Origin: Ginglymostoma cirratum
Taxonomy: Eukaryota
Length of the DNA: 64,000 nt
Direction of reading: 5' to 3'
Assembly (NCBI GenBank): GCA_024137785.1
Contig: JAHRHZ010000099.1
Span: 12,485,466-12,549,465, forward strand
Made by a program: the position numbers and the translations under genes. Shown in pieces: positions 11,260-24,069 of this stretch (position 1 is its first letter; each line of letters starts with the position of its first letter). The notes below the pieces were generated by a model. It did not search any database. It had not been told where the DNA came from and worked only from the letters and a program-made list of their open reading frames with translations.

Positions 11260-12990
11260 ACTCTCCTCATTAATTATGCACCCTGCTCCTATGCCATCCA
11301 TCATGTCTGATTTATGTCCCTTGTTTACTGTGTGCTGTTCCCAGGGCAACTAGCTGCACCTTGCTACTGTAGTTACTGCTACAGCATCTTCCATCAATTG
11401 CTGTTTCCACCTCATTCTCCCACACCACTAACCTTAATGCCCGCTGTGCTACCTTCTCAGTCCTTCAGTACATCTCAGCACCTTTTCTGGAAGTGGACCA
11501 GCACTAACGCCGATCCATCAATCTCATTGTGGTACGTTCGGAGGTTTGTGCAGCTCTTCTCTCAGTGGTTGAATCATTTATCCTGCCCACTCTGAGCGTG
11601 TTCGCAGCTATTTTCTTCCTGACTGCAAACATTTGACTGGTATCACGTTGGAAGGTGACAGTGTATGCTCTTCGGCCAGTAGCTTCCAGCCTCAGCCTAA
11701 CTGTGTCAGTGAGATTCCCATCCCCTGGTGTCTACATCCTGGTGGCCCATCCAATAAACCCCACACTGTCCCAATACTCCAGCCAATCTGTCTCCATTTG
11801 CTTACACCTGCTTACCTTTGCCACCCAGCACCTGGCACATGAGGTGACCATGCCAGGCAGGGTCATATGCTGCTTCACCCCTTGAAGCCAGTGTGCTCCT
11901 GACTGTGGACAACCCATTTCCACATGACCCTTTTCCCAGCCATGCCTCACCATATGCTTCCCTTGCAGATCATGCTGCCCCCACTTCAAAATAGTATTCT
12001 GCCCTTCCCCAGAGCCAGAAGGCCCCAGTAATGAACAGTAACACACCAAGGCTCAATCCAGGGGCATAGCTGCCCCCACCAACAGCCTACAACCCCTTTC
12101 TGCTATTTTGCTGTAGACAGACCTAATAGACTGACCATGGCCCAGTCTCCCAACCAACATGATTGATATGACCAGGCAAGAGGTGTCCAGACCCCTGAGT
12201 GATGCTCATAATTCTGCCTGACTGTGACAGGCTCCATCTGCATAATGGCACCAAAGGCCTGACATGACCCATTCCTCAGAAAGCAAGAGGCACATGTTCT
12301 GCAGAGGCATGCCCTCCTAACTGAGTCCACCCCAGCGGGATGCCTGACCATGGCCAACCCCCTGAACTGGTGATGGAGGCCTCTCTTGACTCACTGTGCT
12401 TGGATCCCCCCCGCCCCACCCTGCTCCCCGCTGACTTTGAGACATAGCTGCTTGTTTTCTTGTTACAAATGGAGTATTGTTTTTGCCACAGAAGCTACTG
12501 ACACTTGGAGCAGTTGTGAGGCTGATGTGGCACACTGTCATACAGCAAGATGTACACCCCCAAGACTGAAGGCTGCTGAGCAGCAAGGCAGGCTGCCTGA
12601 TCGTGTAACTGTCCAAACTGGCATGAAAAATCAAGGCAGGTATGCTGTGGCTATGCAGACAGGTGCTAAGTGAGCAAGTGTAAGAGAGCAAATGCGTGTC
12701 TTGAGATGCAGCCTGGTCTAATCCTTGAACTGGGTGCTTGCCCTGTGTATTACATGTCCCCACCATAGTTTTTCAGTGCTAGATGACAGCACACACTGCA
12801 GTGCAGGTCTGTGCTTCCACAGTGTACTGCCAGTGCTTTGGCAAGATGCCAGGATGGTTGTGAGGGTTTGCTTAATAGTACATGCCAACATCTGTGGAGG
12901 AAGAGTGCATGCCACTGGTGCCCATGGATTGTGACCTGGGCTGAGCCTTGATCAAATGCAACATGGAGAATGTTCAGAGCAAGAGGCAAG
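11260..12990 (-). mobile_element. Possible highly degraded DNA transposon (Harbinger-like) remnant
   Basis: More GC-rich than flanks; shares CCTCATTAATTATGCA with 63880; only faint Myb/SANT-like residues (HALF..., RPALQC) near 12750-12980. Confidence 0.25.
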
Positions 12991-13983
12991 CTGAATCTGC
13001 CAGGTACCCACTCTGGTTTTCATGTCTCATTTCCCTGACAGTGAGCTTGAAAGGAGGCTGAATATTATTGAGGTGAACTGGTCTGTCAACAACGTATTTA
13101 ACAAATAAGTAATCCCCTGAATTTGAAACTTTCCACCATCTTACTTTAATAAGGCAGGTCCCTGTATAAAGGGAATCATAGAAATTGTAATGTGGAGTGT
13201 AGGTGATTTTCAATAAAATGGTTGTTTTATTGAAATATATTAGAAAGCAAATATTGGAGAATTGGAAGAAAAATAGGCTTCATAATTTGAATTAAGAAAT
13301 TATTAACTGTTTTAATGACATCCTTATCATGAAAGTGTGCCTAACCTGCTATTTTATGATTCGAGAGTTTTGCAGGGTGTGAGATCAACAATAGTAGGAC
13401 ATTTGATCCTTCAAATCCATTCTGTCATTTAATATGATCATGACTGATCTACCTGAAATTGCAATCATCAATGAGACAAATAGTCAGTTACCTTGAGGAA
13501 CTGGAACATCACTCAATAGCAAAGTTACCCTGTTTAACGATGAGAGCTAAAGAGTGAAAGATGATCAGAGCAAAATCAATTTTGTAGACTGGAAGAAATT
13601 AGTATAATTAGAACCAGCACATTTCAAATATTAATGCTAATTATATATACAATATTATGTGTATGCAGTAATTTTAAAAGCTATACAAAGTGAATTAGTA
13701 GGCATTCACCATCAGACTGCAGCAGAAATATATTTTGGTTGAAACACTCTTACGTTTTCTTAGTAAATACAAAAAGTGTTATTTCCTGGACCAGGAAAGT
13801 CCCTCATGTGAAAAAGGTGGTCCGTATTTAACAGTTTACCAAACACAGCATAAAACAGTACAAATTCCAAATGTGCCCAACTGTCTGTCATCTCCCAGTC
13901 TAAACTGTTTCTCTATTTTTAATAAAGCACTCAACCACATTAGTCCATGTCAACTTCGTACAAGAATTCCAAATCATTGATTT

Positions 13984-14655
13984 GAGATAACAAGGTGCAG
14001 AGCTGGATGAACACAGCAGGCCAGGCAGCATCAGAGGAGCAGGAAAGCTGATGTTTCGGGTCTGGACCCTTCTTCAGAAATGCGGGAGGGGAAGGGGGCT
14101 CTGAAATAAATAGAGAGAGGGGGAGGCAATGATAGAAGGTGGATAGAGGAGCAGATAGGTGGAGAGAAGACAGACAGGTCAAGGAGGCGGGATTGAACCC
14201 AGTAAAGGTGAGTGTAGGTAGGGAGTTGAGATGGGGGTTGGTCAGTGAGGAGGGAGGGGCAGGTGGGTGGGAGGGAAGACGGACAGGTCAAGGAGGCGGG
14301 GACGAGATGGGCTGGTCTTGGGATGAGGTCGGGGGTGGGGAGATTTTGAAGTTTGTGAAGTCCATATTGGGACCATTGGGCTGCAGGGTTCCCAAGCGGA
14401 ATATGAGGTGCTGTTCCTCCAGCCTTCGGGTGGCATCATTGTGGCACTGGAGGAGGCCCAGGATGGGCATGTCGTCCAAGGAGTGGGAGGGAGAGTTGAA
14501 GTGGTTCGCGACTGGGAGGTCTTGTCGTTTGTCACAAACCAAGTGTAGGTGTTCCACAAAGCGGTCTCCAGACCTTCACTTGGTTTCCCCGATGTAGAGG
14601 AAGGCACATCGGGAACAGCGGACACAATATGTTCCCGATGTGGCCTCCTCTACAT
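13984..14655 (-). mobile_element. Penelope-like family A (probably Neptune group) 3' fragment: GIY-YIG endonuclease plus terminus
   Basis: Minus strand encodes CSRC..LYIGETK*R.GDRFVEHL...PVANHFNSPSH...RRLEEQHLIFRLGTLQPNG.N.DF, then a C-rich UTR and hammerhead motif at 14047-14080. Confidence 0.9.
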
Positions 14656-15254
14656 TTAAGAATTTGTTTAGTTTACAGGGAACCACAATTAATCACGCAA
14701 CTTCACCACACCTTGCACGTACTAGCTGGCCTCCCATTGGAGAGGTGTAAGATTCTACAAACATTCCCAGAATACAATTATGTTGGGTAGTATTCTGCAG
14801 CACGGCAGTTGGCACAAAGTACAAATCTCTTCTCGGCTTCCGTGCTTGGTACACATGCCATTCAAATAGCACACATTATTCTATGAAACTTACCCTTCAT
14901 TTCAACACCATGTTGATTCCAGCAAACAGTGCCTGATAGCTATCACCTGGCTTCCTCTGAAATAATTAATTAAGTTTACAAACATTACCTCAAAATTACT
15001 ATCCAATCTGAGTACTGTTTTCTAAATTAGCATTCAATCCTCAATATGCACAAACCTATGCACTACACGTGGTATAAAGCTCCTGGCAGAGAAAGTTCAT
15101 CATCTCTACCTGCTGTGGCAGAAACAAAGGACGGCATTCATTGGTTAATTAACCATTCCACTAAAAAAATGCAAACATATTCGAGTGAAGCACAATATTA
15201 GGATGTTCTTTGGATCACAATATCTACAAATTCTATTCATTTGAGGAAACATAA

Positions 15255-15462
15255 ATAGCCGGCAGATATAACATAGTGTGGAGCTGGAGGCACACAGCAG
15301 GCGAGGCAGCATCAGAGGAGCAGGAAAGCTGACATTTTGGGTCGGGACCCTTCTTCAGAAAAATTCGGCTTTCCTGCTCCTCTGATGCTGCCTGGCCTGG
15401 TGTGTTCCTCCAGCTCCACACTGTGTTATCTCTGACTCCAGCATCGGCAATTCTTACTATCT
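15255..15462. repeat. Fold-back (inverted) pair of PLE family A termini
   Basis: GTGTGGAGCTGGAGG...GCATCAGAGGAGCAGGAAAGC is the reverse complement of GCTTTCCTGCTCCTCTGATGC...CCTCCAGCTCCACAC. Confidence 0.9.
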
Positions 15463-15518
15463 ATAAATAGCCTGCAGATGTATTCATAAAGTTCAACATC
15501 TTAAAATATAAAATGAGA

Positions 15519-15616
15519 AGTTCTGAGGAAGGATCACAGGACACAAAACGTTAACTCTGATTTAGCTCCACAGATGCTACCGGGCCTGTGGAGCTTTTCC
15601 AGCAATTTCTGTTTTT
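15519..15616 (+). mobile_element. PLE family C terminal module with decayed hammerhead
   Basis: AGTTCTGAGGAAGGATCACAGGACACAAAACGTTAACTCTG...; homologous to 54392, 55332 and 60820. Confidence 0.7.
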
Positions 15617-17349
15617 AAATATGAGCAGTTATGTTCCTTTGTGCTCAGCTAGTAAAGCATTGCAAAGTTTGCTGAGTGTTTATTTTAAAGCATCTTCCTA
15701 TCATGGAAGTTGAATTTATCTTTCAAGAAAAACACCTATTCATTTTTATTTCACAACAGCTGTGCAGGAACATTTGGCTTTGAAGGTAGCAAATTAAAAA
15801 ATTCAGTTTTGCTAACCATCACTAGTGATGAAGAATATTGGGCATTCTGCCAATTTTCATTAACAAGAAGAATCTCAGCTCATTTGATTTATTAACTAAT
15901 ATTTTAAATTCTTAAGCACATTTTATATATAAAGGTTAATATGCTTAAATAATCACTAATAAAATCTCTATTTTTGATTAAAATTGTGCAACTGATCAAT
16001 TGTGACTATTCCATATTTTCAGTATGAGACTTAAAGAAATCAGGAGACTTAAGAAGGGGTTAATAGGTTGTAACTACATTTGCTAATAGTTTCAGGTTTG
16101 AGTTTCCTACAAATTATGACAGTAGGTGAAAATAGCTAACAATTAATTTTTACTTCTGAACTAATATGCGAAAATAACCCAGAATTAGCTATTACAATGC
16201 CTACGTACAACGTACAACGTCATGGAGAAAATTATAGAGTTTTACTGAAATGCTGACAGCCACTCACTGAAATTGCACATGTTGCAGTGTGAAACTACTC
16301 ACGACACTACAAAATCTGCTAATACTGCACAGCAATACTGAAAATGTGAAAGCAAGTTATAATGTGAGATTGTCTGATTGAAGGCCATTTATCGAAAAGT
16401 CCTCCTCAGAAGTCTAACACATAAGTGCTCTGTGGTTTCTCACCCATCTGTTTCTCCGTTGATTAGACTTATTTCCTCTAGGACCCATCATCTCCTCCAT
16501 TCAGATTCACATCTTCACCAGTTTGTGTTGACATCTCATTCAAGTGCTTGATGAAAGACTCAACCTCAGTTTGGAACTTAAGTCCCTTCATGGCACCTCA
16601 ACATCCTACCTCAGTAATGTTAATCTCTGCAACCACGTCAAGCCTCCCGACTTGCGTCAGTTGTATGCCACCTCCATACCTCCTCAATCCATTATCAGTG
16701 GTAGAGGCCTGAATTTGCAATATTATAATTGTGGGAAAACCATAACTTGAAATTAATGAAATACATTAGCAGCTATTATTTGGAATTTCTTGTCGAAATG
16801 TTATTAATCACTGAAGGCGGCTATTTGGCCTGGAACTGAGCCTGCTAAATTATATTTTTTCTTTAAACTTGGCATCTCATTGACTCGGGAACAAATCAGT
16901 GGAGATCATTATTGTTAGGAAGTGAAGAGTTTCTCTTTGGAATGTCTATGATGTAAGGCTGAAATATTCAATTCCTCTCATAATGCAGTATTAATTCTGA
17001 TTTCCCCATTTCAGTGTGACCAATCTTATAAATCGTGGATGAGCATTCTTTCTATGCAGCTCATGCATTTCATTCCCCAGTTCATGCACTAGGCATATTA
17101 CAGGTTGCCCAAATGTTCAGCATAGATCCATTTTGTGATCTAGTGTGAAGGTGAATGACCTCTACTACCGAAGAATATGCCATTGAGCCTCTGTATTAAC
17201 CCAGATATTTTCCTGCTGCTCATACATTAATGTGTAATCTTTTCACAAATCCAATGCAAACAAATAAAGGTACCTTAAAATTATGAGTCAACCTGGTGAA
17301 ACTATAACACAGGGATATTGCATGCCAAATGTCATGAGCAACTAGTGAC

Positions 17350-17628
17350 AGAGAATCATAGAGTCATACAGCATGGAGACATACGATCCAACTCATCCAT
17401 GCTGACCAGATATCCTAAACTGATCTAGTCCCATCTGCCAGCATTTGGTCCACATCCCTCTGAACACTTCCGATTCATGTACCCATCCAGATGCCTTTTA
17501 GATATTGTAATTGTATCGGCCTCCACTACTTTCTCTGCCAGCTCGTTCCATACAGGCACCACCCTCCGTGTGAAAATGTTGCCCCTCATGTTCCTTTTAA
17601 ACCTTTCCCGTTTCACCTTAAACCAATG
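17350..17628 (-). mobile_element. CR1/HER1-like LINE 3' end
   Basis: FKVKRERFKRNMRGNIFTRRVVPVWNEL...KRHLD in ORF 17425..17718; matches 24690-24960. Confidence 0.92.
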
Positions 17629-18815
17629 CCGTGCAATTCTGCTGCATCCAGTCGCAAATGGTGGCAAATTAAGCAACTTACTAGAGGAGGAGTTTCCACG
17701 TATATCCCCATCCTTCAATGATGGGATAGCCTAGTACACCAGTGCAAAAGACATGGCCGAAACATTCATACCAATCTTTTTCTAGAAGTGTTCAGTGGAT
17801 GATCCGTTGCAGCCTCCTCCAGTGGTCCCCAGCATCACAGTTACCAGTCTTCAGCCAATTTGATTCACTTCATGTGGTATTAAGAAACTGTTCGAGGCAG
17901 TGAACACCGCAAAGCCTAAGGACCCTGCCAGCATTTTGGTAATAGTACTGAAGACCTGCACTCCAGAACTTGCTGTGCCTTATGAAAGCTATTTCAGTGT
18001 TGTTACAACAGCAGTATCCACTCAAAGATGTGGAATATTTTCCAGGCATGTCTTGTATACAAAGAGCAAGACAATTCCAGCACGGCCAATTGCCACTGCA
18101 TAAAACTACTCCCAATTATTAATAAAGTGATGGAATTTGTTATCAACAGTGGTATCAGACAGCACTTGCTTATCAATAACATGCTCACTGATGCCCAGTT
18201 TATGTTCCACAAGGGCCACTCAGGTCCTGACCTCATTACAGCTTTGGTTCAAACATGGGCAAAAGTGTGGAACACCAGAATGGAGATGAGAGTGTCTGCT
18301 ATTAATATCAAGGTCATACTTGACTGATTGTGGCATCTAGGTGCCCCAGCAAAATTAGCAACAATAGGAATTAAGGGGGAAAAGAACTCTCTGCTGGTTT
18401 GATTGACATCACATCCACACACATTCACTCCCTCCAATGCTCAGTAGCAGCAGTGTGTAGCATCTACAAGACACACCGCAGAAATTCACCAAAACTCCTT
18501 AGTCTGCACCTTCCAAATGCCTAATTACTTCCATCTAGAAGGATAGAAGCTGCAGATACATGGGGATGCAACCACCTGCAAATTCCTCTCCAAACCACTC
18601 ATCATCCTGACTTGATAATATATCACCATACCTTCAGCGTTGCTGGGTAAAAATCTTGGAATTCACTCCTCAACAACATTTTGTGCGTCCGACATTAAGT
18701 GGAGCACAGCAGTTCAAGAAGGCAGTTCACCACCAACTTCTCAAGGGGAACTAGGGATGGCCAATAAATGTTGGCCATTCAGCAACACCTACATCTCGAA
18801 TAAATTTAAATAAAA
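17629..18815 (+). mobile_element. Older non-LTR retrotransposon (CR1-group, second family), RT remnant and 3' end
   Basis: ANCHCIKLLPIINKVMEFVIN...LTDAQFMFHKGHS..DLI resembles RT N-terminal motifs; tail CTAGGGATGGCCAATAAATG recurs at 36090, 41695 and 57150. Confidence 0.8.
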
Positions 18816-19460
18816 AGAGAAACTATGCAGCTGTGTGCAATATGTGTTTATAAAGGGAAGGCACCATTATCACATCTCATTTTTAAATGATTGAAATGAG
18901 CAATGGCTGGCTTTAAATCTCCTGCTTATTTCATATTTTTAAATATCCTGTGGCATCTTTCAAGAATGAAGTCAGTGAATTTGCTGGTTTATTCAGGTTC
19001 TTAAGCAATTATACAGAACCTGAGGAGGTAATTTCCTTTTAAGAAATATAGATGTGTATTTATGTGAGTGTTATCCACTGTGATTGTTAATCTGACACTT
19101 GAAAGGTATAAAGACATTTTGTTGTATGTGCTGGTGAGACTGGCAACATTTATTAAATTATTAATAAAGTAGAGATGGCAACTGCAGAGTATGTTGTACG
19201 TCCTATAGGTAGAGAAGGCTTCACTTATTCATTGTGGCATGTAGTTTTTCCCATTCATAGGGAGAGAAAATAAAATGACTTGCCACTGTTTTTATTCATG
19301 TTTCAATCATTGAGATATGTAAACTTACTACTTAAGACCTCTTCAGCTCTGTTTAACATTAATGACGTTCAAGTGTCCATCATGTAAAAATAAATTTGTA
19401 TCAAGGCAACATTGCCAGCAAGCATATGTTTTTGTTTGTAAGTTTTTTCTTTGGTTCACC

Positions 19461-19685
19461 ATAGTCCCAGAGAACCGTAGAGCTGTTCTCTCATGTGAGA
19501 GACAGAGAGAATGAGAGAGCGAGAGAGATGACTAATGGTGAGTTTAACCTGAAGGTCACTACACCTTAGCTGAGGTGTGAGGTTGAAAGCAGGACCTTCA
19601 AGGTGACCTCAGCTGGTATGGGAATTGAACTTATGTTTTGGCATCAATCTAATGTACAAACTAGCCATCCGGCCATCTGAACTTT
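19461..19685 (-). mobile_element. tRNA-derived SINE containing a (GA)n tract
   Basis: Minus-strand box B-like GTTCAATTCC; homologous to 20905-21178. Confidence 0.7.
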
Positions 19686-20904
19686 GGTCTGATCCATTGT
19701 TTGTTGGTTTCGGACTTATTCATTATTACAACATTTAGTAGAAGGAAACAGATATTCATTGCTGAGGGGGCTACCTTAAAATAAACTAGAGTAAATGTTT
19801 TTCACACAAAATTGTTTTCATCAAGGTTATGCAACTGTTGGGTTAATTGTATGAGCTCACAATTTTTCAGGGTCAATGTTGGGCAATGCATTCAGCTCCA
19901 CCCCAACCAACAATGCCATAGTCTTTGATGGGGATAAGGCTGAAAGATGCATGGAAATGAAGATCTACATCCATAAGTCTCTTCATTGTCTTAGTAACAG
20001 TACATATTGTATTAGAATCAGAGGTAATTCACCATCCATTTGAAACTTACTTTATATGATAAAAAATTAAGTGAACACTGAAAGACAATCTTGATTTCTA
20101 AACAATTTTGTAATATTCATTGTAAATTATAATTTGCAAATAAATAGTGGGAAGTTATTTTCACTGTCTGCACATCACCAACATTTATAATAATTCAAAG
20201 TAATTTGACATGGCAATGAAACACTTCCCATAAAACTACATCTCCCATAATTTTGTTTTTCCTTCCTGTTGTCAAAGAAGAAGTAGACTTTGTTGAATCA
20301 TGCTTCATAATGGATGTAGCCTTTATGTACTTTCTGCAATACCTCACTAGGCTCCCTTCCCCACAGTCTCCATCCTTCCAAACTGGTTAAAGCAGCAAAC
20401 AAAGCAAAAACCATACACTTGAAATCTCGAGGCTTGAAAACAATAAGTACTTTGTGTACTCAATCATCATATTAGAAATTCAAAGGTTGTAAACCTCTGC
20501 AACTAGTGCAAAACTAAAAGGTCACAGAGAGCAGTTAAAGTATCTGCTTCTGCAAAATCAGTCAATGAACCACGAATTGGTTTGTAAACCCGTTACGATC
20601 TTCCTTCTTTAATTTGCAGCAGGCAAGTAAGTTGTGTAGCATCCCTGACAATTCTGCTTTTATAATTATAGTTATAACTACAGCCAGCAGATTAAAATCA
20701 GTTACCAAACTCAGCAGACCTGCTCAAACTGCTAATGCCTGTGAATTTATTATTTGTTGACTTTCTAATAAACAAGAAACATTAGATTCTGTTTTCTAAC
20801 TGCAATGTTGTTCCTCTTCCAAGTTCATTGTGTCTATAAACACAGGAAACTTTAAGAAACAGGAAATTAGGGACAGATAACTGAACAATCCTCTCATCTT
20901 TAGT

Positions 20905-21178
20905 CAGAAAGAGAGAGAGATGTCTGGTGGTGCTGGTTTAACCTGAGGGTCACCACACCTCAGGTGAGTGGAGAGGTTGAGAAGGCAGGACCTTCATGGT
21001 AACCTCAGGCAGTACAGGAATTGAACCAATGTTGTTATCTATGTTATTTTAGCACTTTGGGAGGAAATATGAAGTATATACTCAGTGTTAATCTACTGTT
21101 TGCATGCAGAATTGTTTATTCACCTTTTTAGTTGAGGGGACTCTGCATCACAAACCAGCCACCAAGCTAACTGAATGC
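20905..21178 (-). mobile_element. Same tRNA-SINE family, interrupted by a 106-bp insertion
   Basis: TTTAACCTGAGGGTCACCACACCTCAGG...GGAATTGAACC | insertion | CTCTGCATCACAAACCAGCC. Confidence 0.75.
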
Positions 21179-21537
21179 ATGGTGGCACTGACTTGATCAT
21201 ATTGAGAGTGGCTAACGGTGAGGTAGGCCCTTTATACCACAATGTTACATGTTGTAGTGTCTTATAGTTGTCTTGCCATTAACAGAAGACAATGGTACAC
21301 TACCTGTCAGACCAGAATCTATTCAATAACACAACTACCAGTCTGTCAAATAATGTCAACCCATCAAAGACTACAGTTAGAGAAAGGGCTTTAAAATCCA
21401 GTTCTATATTGTGAATCAGCATGGGGACAACATCTATGTTATTTTAGCACTTTGGGAGGAAATATGAAATATATACTCAATGTTAATCTACTGTTTGTAT
21501 GCAGAATTGTTTATTCACCTTTTTAGTTGAGGGGACT
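21037..21537. repeat. 106-bp direct repeat (21037-21142 and 21432-21537)
   Basis: Three mismatches over 106 bp by manual comparison. Confidence 0.95.
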
Positions 21538-24069
21538 ATCGTTGATAAACTAAGCCCTGGTTGTTCTTCTGCCTGTTCAGGTCAAGGAAATCACCTAAGG
21601 TCACTTGATATATCCAAGAAGGCAGACACAATGAACTAATTTCTCTGTCCAATACCTAACTTTAATACATTTAGGTCAATACTGAGCAAACAAGCATACA
21701 CTCCAGACCATGGTCAACAAGTGCTCACTTATAGAATGTGCACGGCACTCACGAAAAAGAACAAAGGGAGCAAGTGCATAGGAAATATTCCTGTGAGACC
21801 CTATTTAACACTATCAGATCACCTGCACCATACAGACTGTGACAGTTCAAGGGTGCAACTCACCACCACCTTCTGCACTCATGTAGTACTAAAGAATTCA
21901 CAAATTAAGAAGGAAAGAACAGAAGATTTCTACTTTCCACTAACAGAAAAAATACAAGTGTGTTCTTTTCACTCACCATCATTATTTTACCATTAATGTC
22001 AAACAATAATATTCTTCCTCATAGTTGGGCAATGTAGAATAGTTATTTGGTGCATCCACTCTGTACTGCCCCTGACCTGGAAATATTTAACACTGACAGT
22101 TCAGCAAACCTAACAAGCCACACCCTCTTCAGAATGATGTTTCACCACAGATGAAGAACTATTTTTGTACTTGTTGGGAAGTCCTTTCAAGCAGGGGGAG
22201 AAAACATTGTGGATAACTCATAATTTCAATTCATTGATAAACCAAGTGGTGCCAGATCTCAAGGCTTCATTGAGCAATGCTCAAAGAAAATTAAAGAACA
22301 AGGGGAGCAGGTACATTGGACAAACTCCTGAGAGCCCTGTATGAATTTGTGATCAAATATTACAAGAGATGATCTTATTTAGTATTTGAGTATTAAATGC
22401 TGCTGTGATTTCAATGCATCATTTCAGTTATATGCTGTTGGCCAATTCAATACTCATCAGAATGTAGGAAACAAAATAAGTATTAAGACTAAAAGTCATG
22501 GTTTATTTACTCCATTCTCACAACAAGTGAAAGAAAAATAAAGTACTGTAATGACATAGTGGAAGAAGCAATAACTGGGCCAGCAGAATACCTGAAAAAT
22601 AATCGGCTGTTGCTTGTGCAATGATTTTATTTATTATGTCTCTCATATTAGATCTAATGTGTGTTCATCTGTACAGTATATTTTTATATTACTTAACAGC
22701 AAAATTTCATGTTAGGTAAAAACACAGAAGAATTGGATTTCATGTTGAATGTGTAAAGGCAATGGAGTGCTTTGTAATTTTATAGAGAGACATTTGTAAA
22801 AGAGTACAACATTTTTTTTTATAATTTCACCAACTGCAACCTGCCAAGAAAGATTATGCTTGTTTTTGAAGCTGGCCCAGGAATGGCATAGTGCAAAAGA
22901 GCAAAGGTCAAAGATCATCGACTGTGTTGCCTGCAGCTTGCAACTGAACTTTAAAAATCCAAACACAAGCCTGAGTCTGAAACTGCAGGACAAATTGCAG
23001 TAGGGGGTCCTTACGCTAAACAATTAAATGAATCCAGAATAAGAGTGCAATTGGGAAGGCAGCTTTTTTTAAGATTTTAATGCTAGCTGCCTGCCAGCCC
23101 CACACCCTGCTAGCTCCCCCACCAAACAACATGAAGCATTGTGACAACAGTGCAATACAGAACTGAAAGGATAAATGGCACAAGGTCTTGGCAAGTCAAT
23201 CAGAAATGAATGCTCTTGCAGACAAATATTTCTACTAAACTTTCCCCACAGGATGACAAGTGGGGGACAGGCAGGTAAACTGACAAAGCAGCAAACCATG
23301 ATCTACTGTTCATCATATAACTCACAAATCAGGAATATAATTGATAACTCATCTTGTTAAAAGAAATAAATCTACTGTTTAAGTATAGTAAAGGTGGCAT
23401 TTTCTTTAATGTGCTTAGTTTTCCTTATTTTGCATGCAGCCAATATTATATACACTGTCAGCTACCCAAAAATTTAATCACCATCCTTTTGAGCATTTAT
23501 TCCAAGGTATCCACTTCCTTCTTCAATCAATTTGTTTGACATTTAGAAATAAATACAACCTTATTTCTTTATTTGCCTGAGTATTGCTGTATGCTATTAC
23601 AGCCATAGTTTTTGTAGACTGGCCAAAAGACTAATGTCCAGAACATGGCAACTTCCTTAATTATCCACATTTGCAGAATATTTATATGGGGACGAAGGGA
23701 GGAATTCCAATGGTCAAAAGAAGCTGAGTTTGCATAAGGTGGGATGCCAAAATGATAACAATTTGAAACTTGTCCTAACTAGCTTCAGACCCTGCCTCAC
23801 CCTCATTTACCCACACATTCCTATTTTAATAGAACCAGGTCAGAAAACAGCCTAACAAATGGCTCACAGGTGGCAGGTTGGTGTTTTAATTAGCCCTATG
23901 AGACCGTATAACATGTAACTAACCATTAATTTAACTCTAAGTCTGACCAGCTGAGTTTTCTGGCCTTCAGCAAACACTGTGGCTGATGGAAGACAATGTC
24001 TACTGAATATAGCTTGTCAGTAACTTTCCACATAGATTGTAGATCCACTTTATCTTTATACCAAACTTA

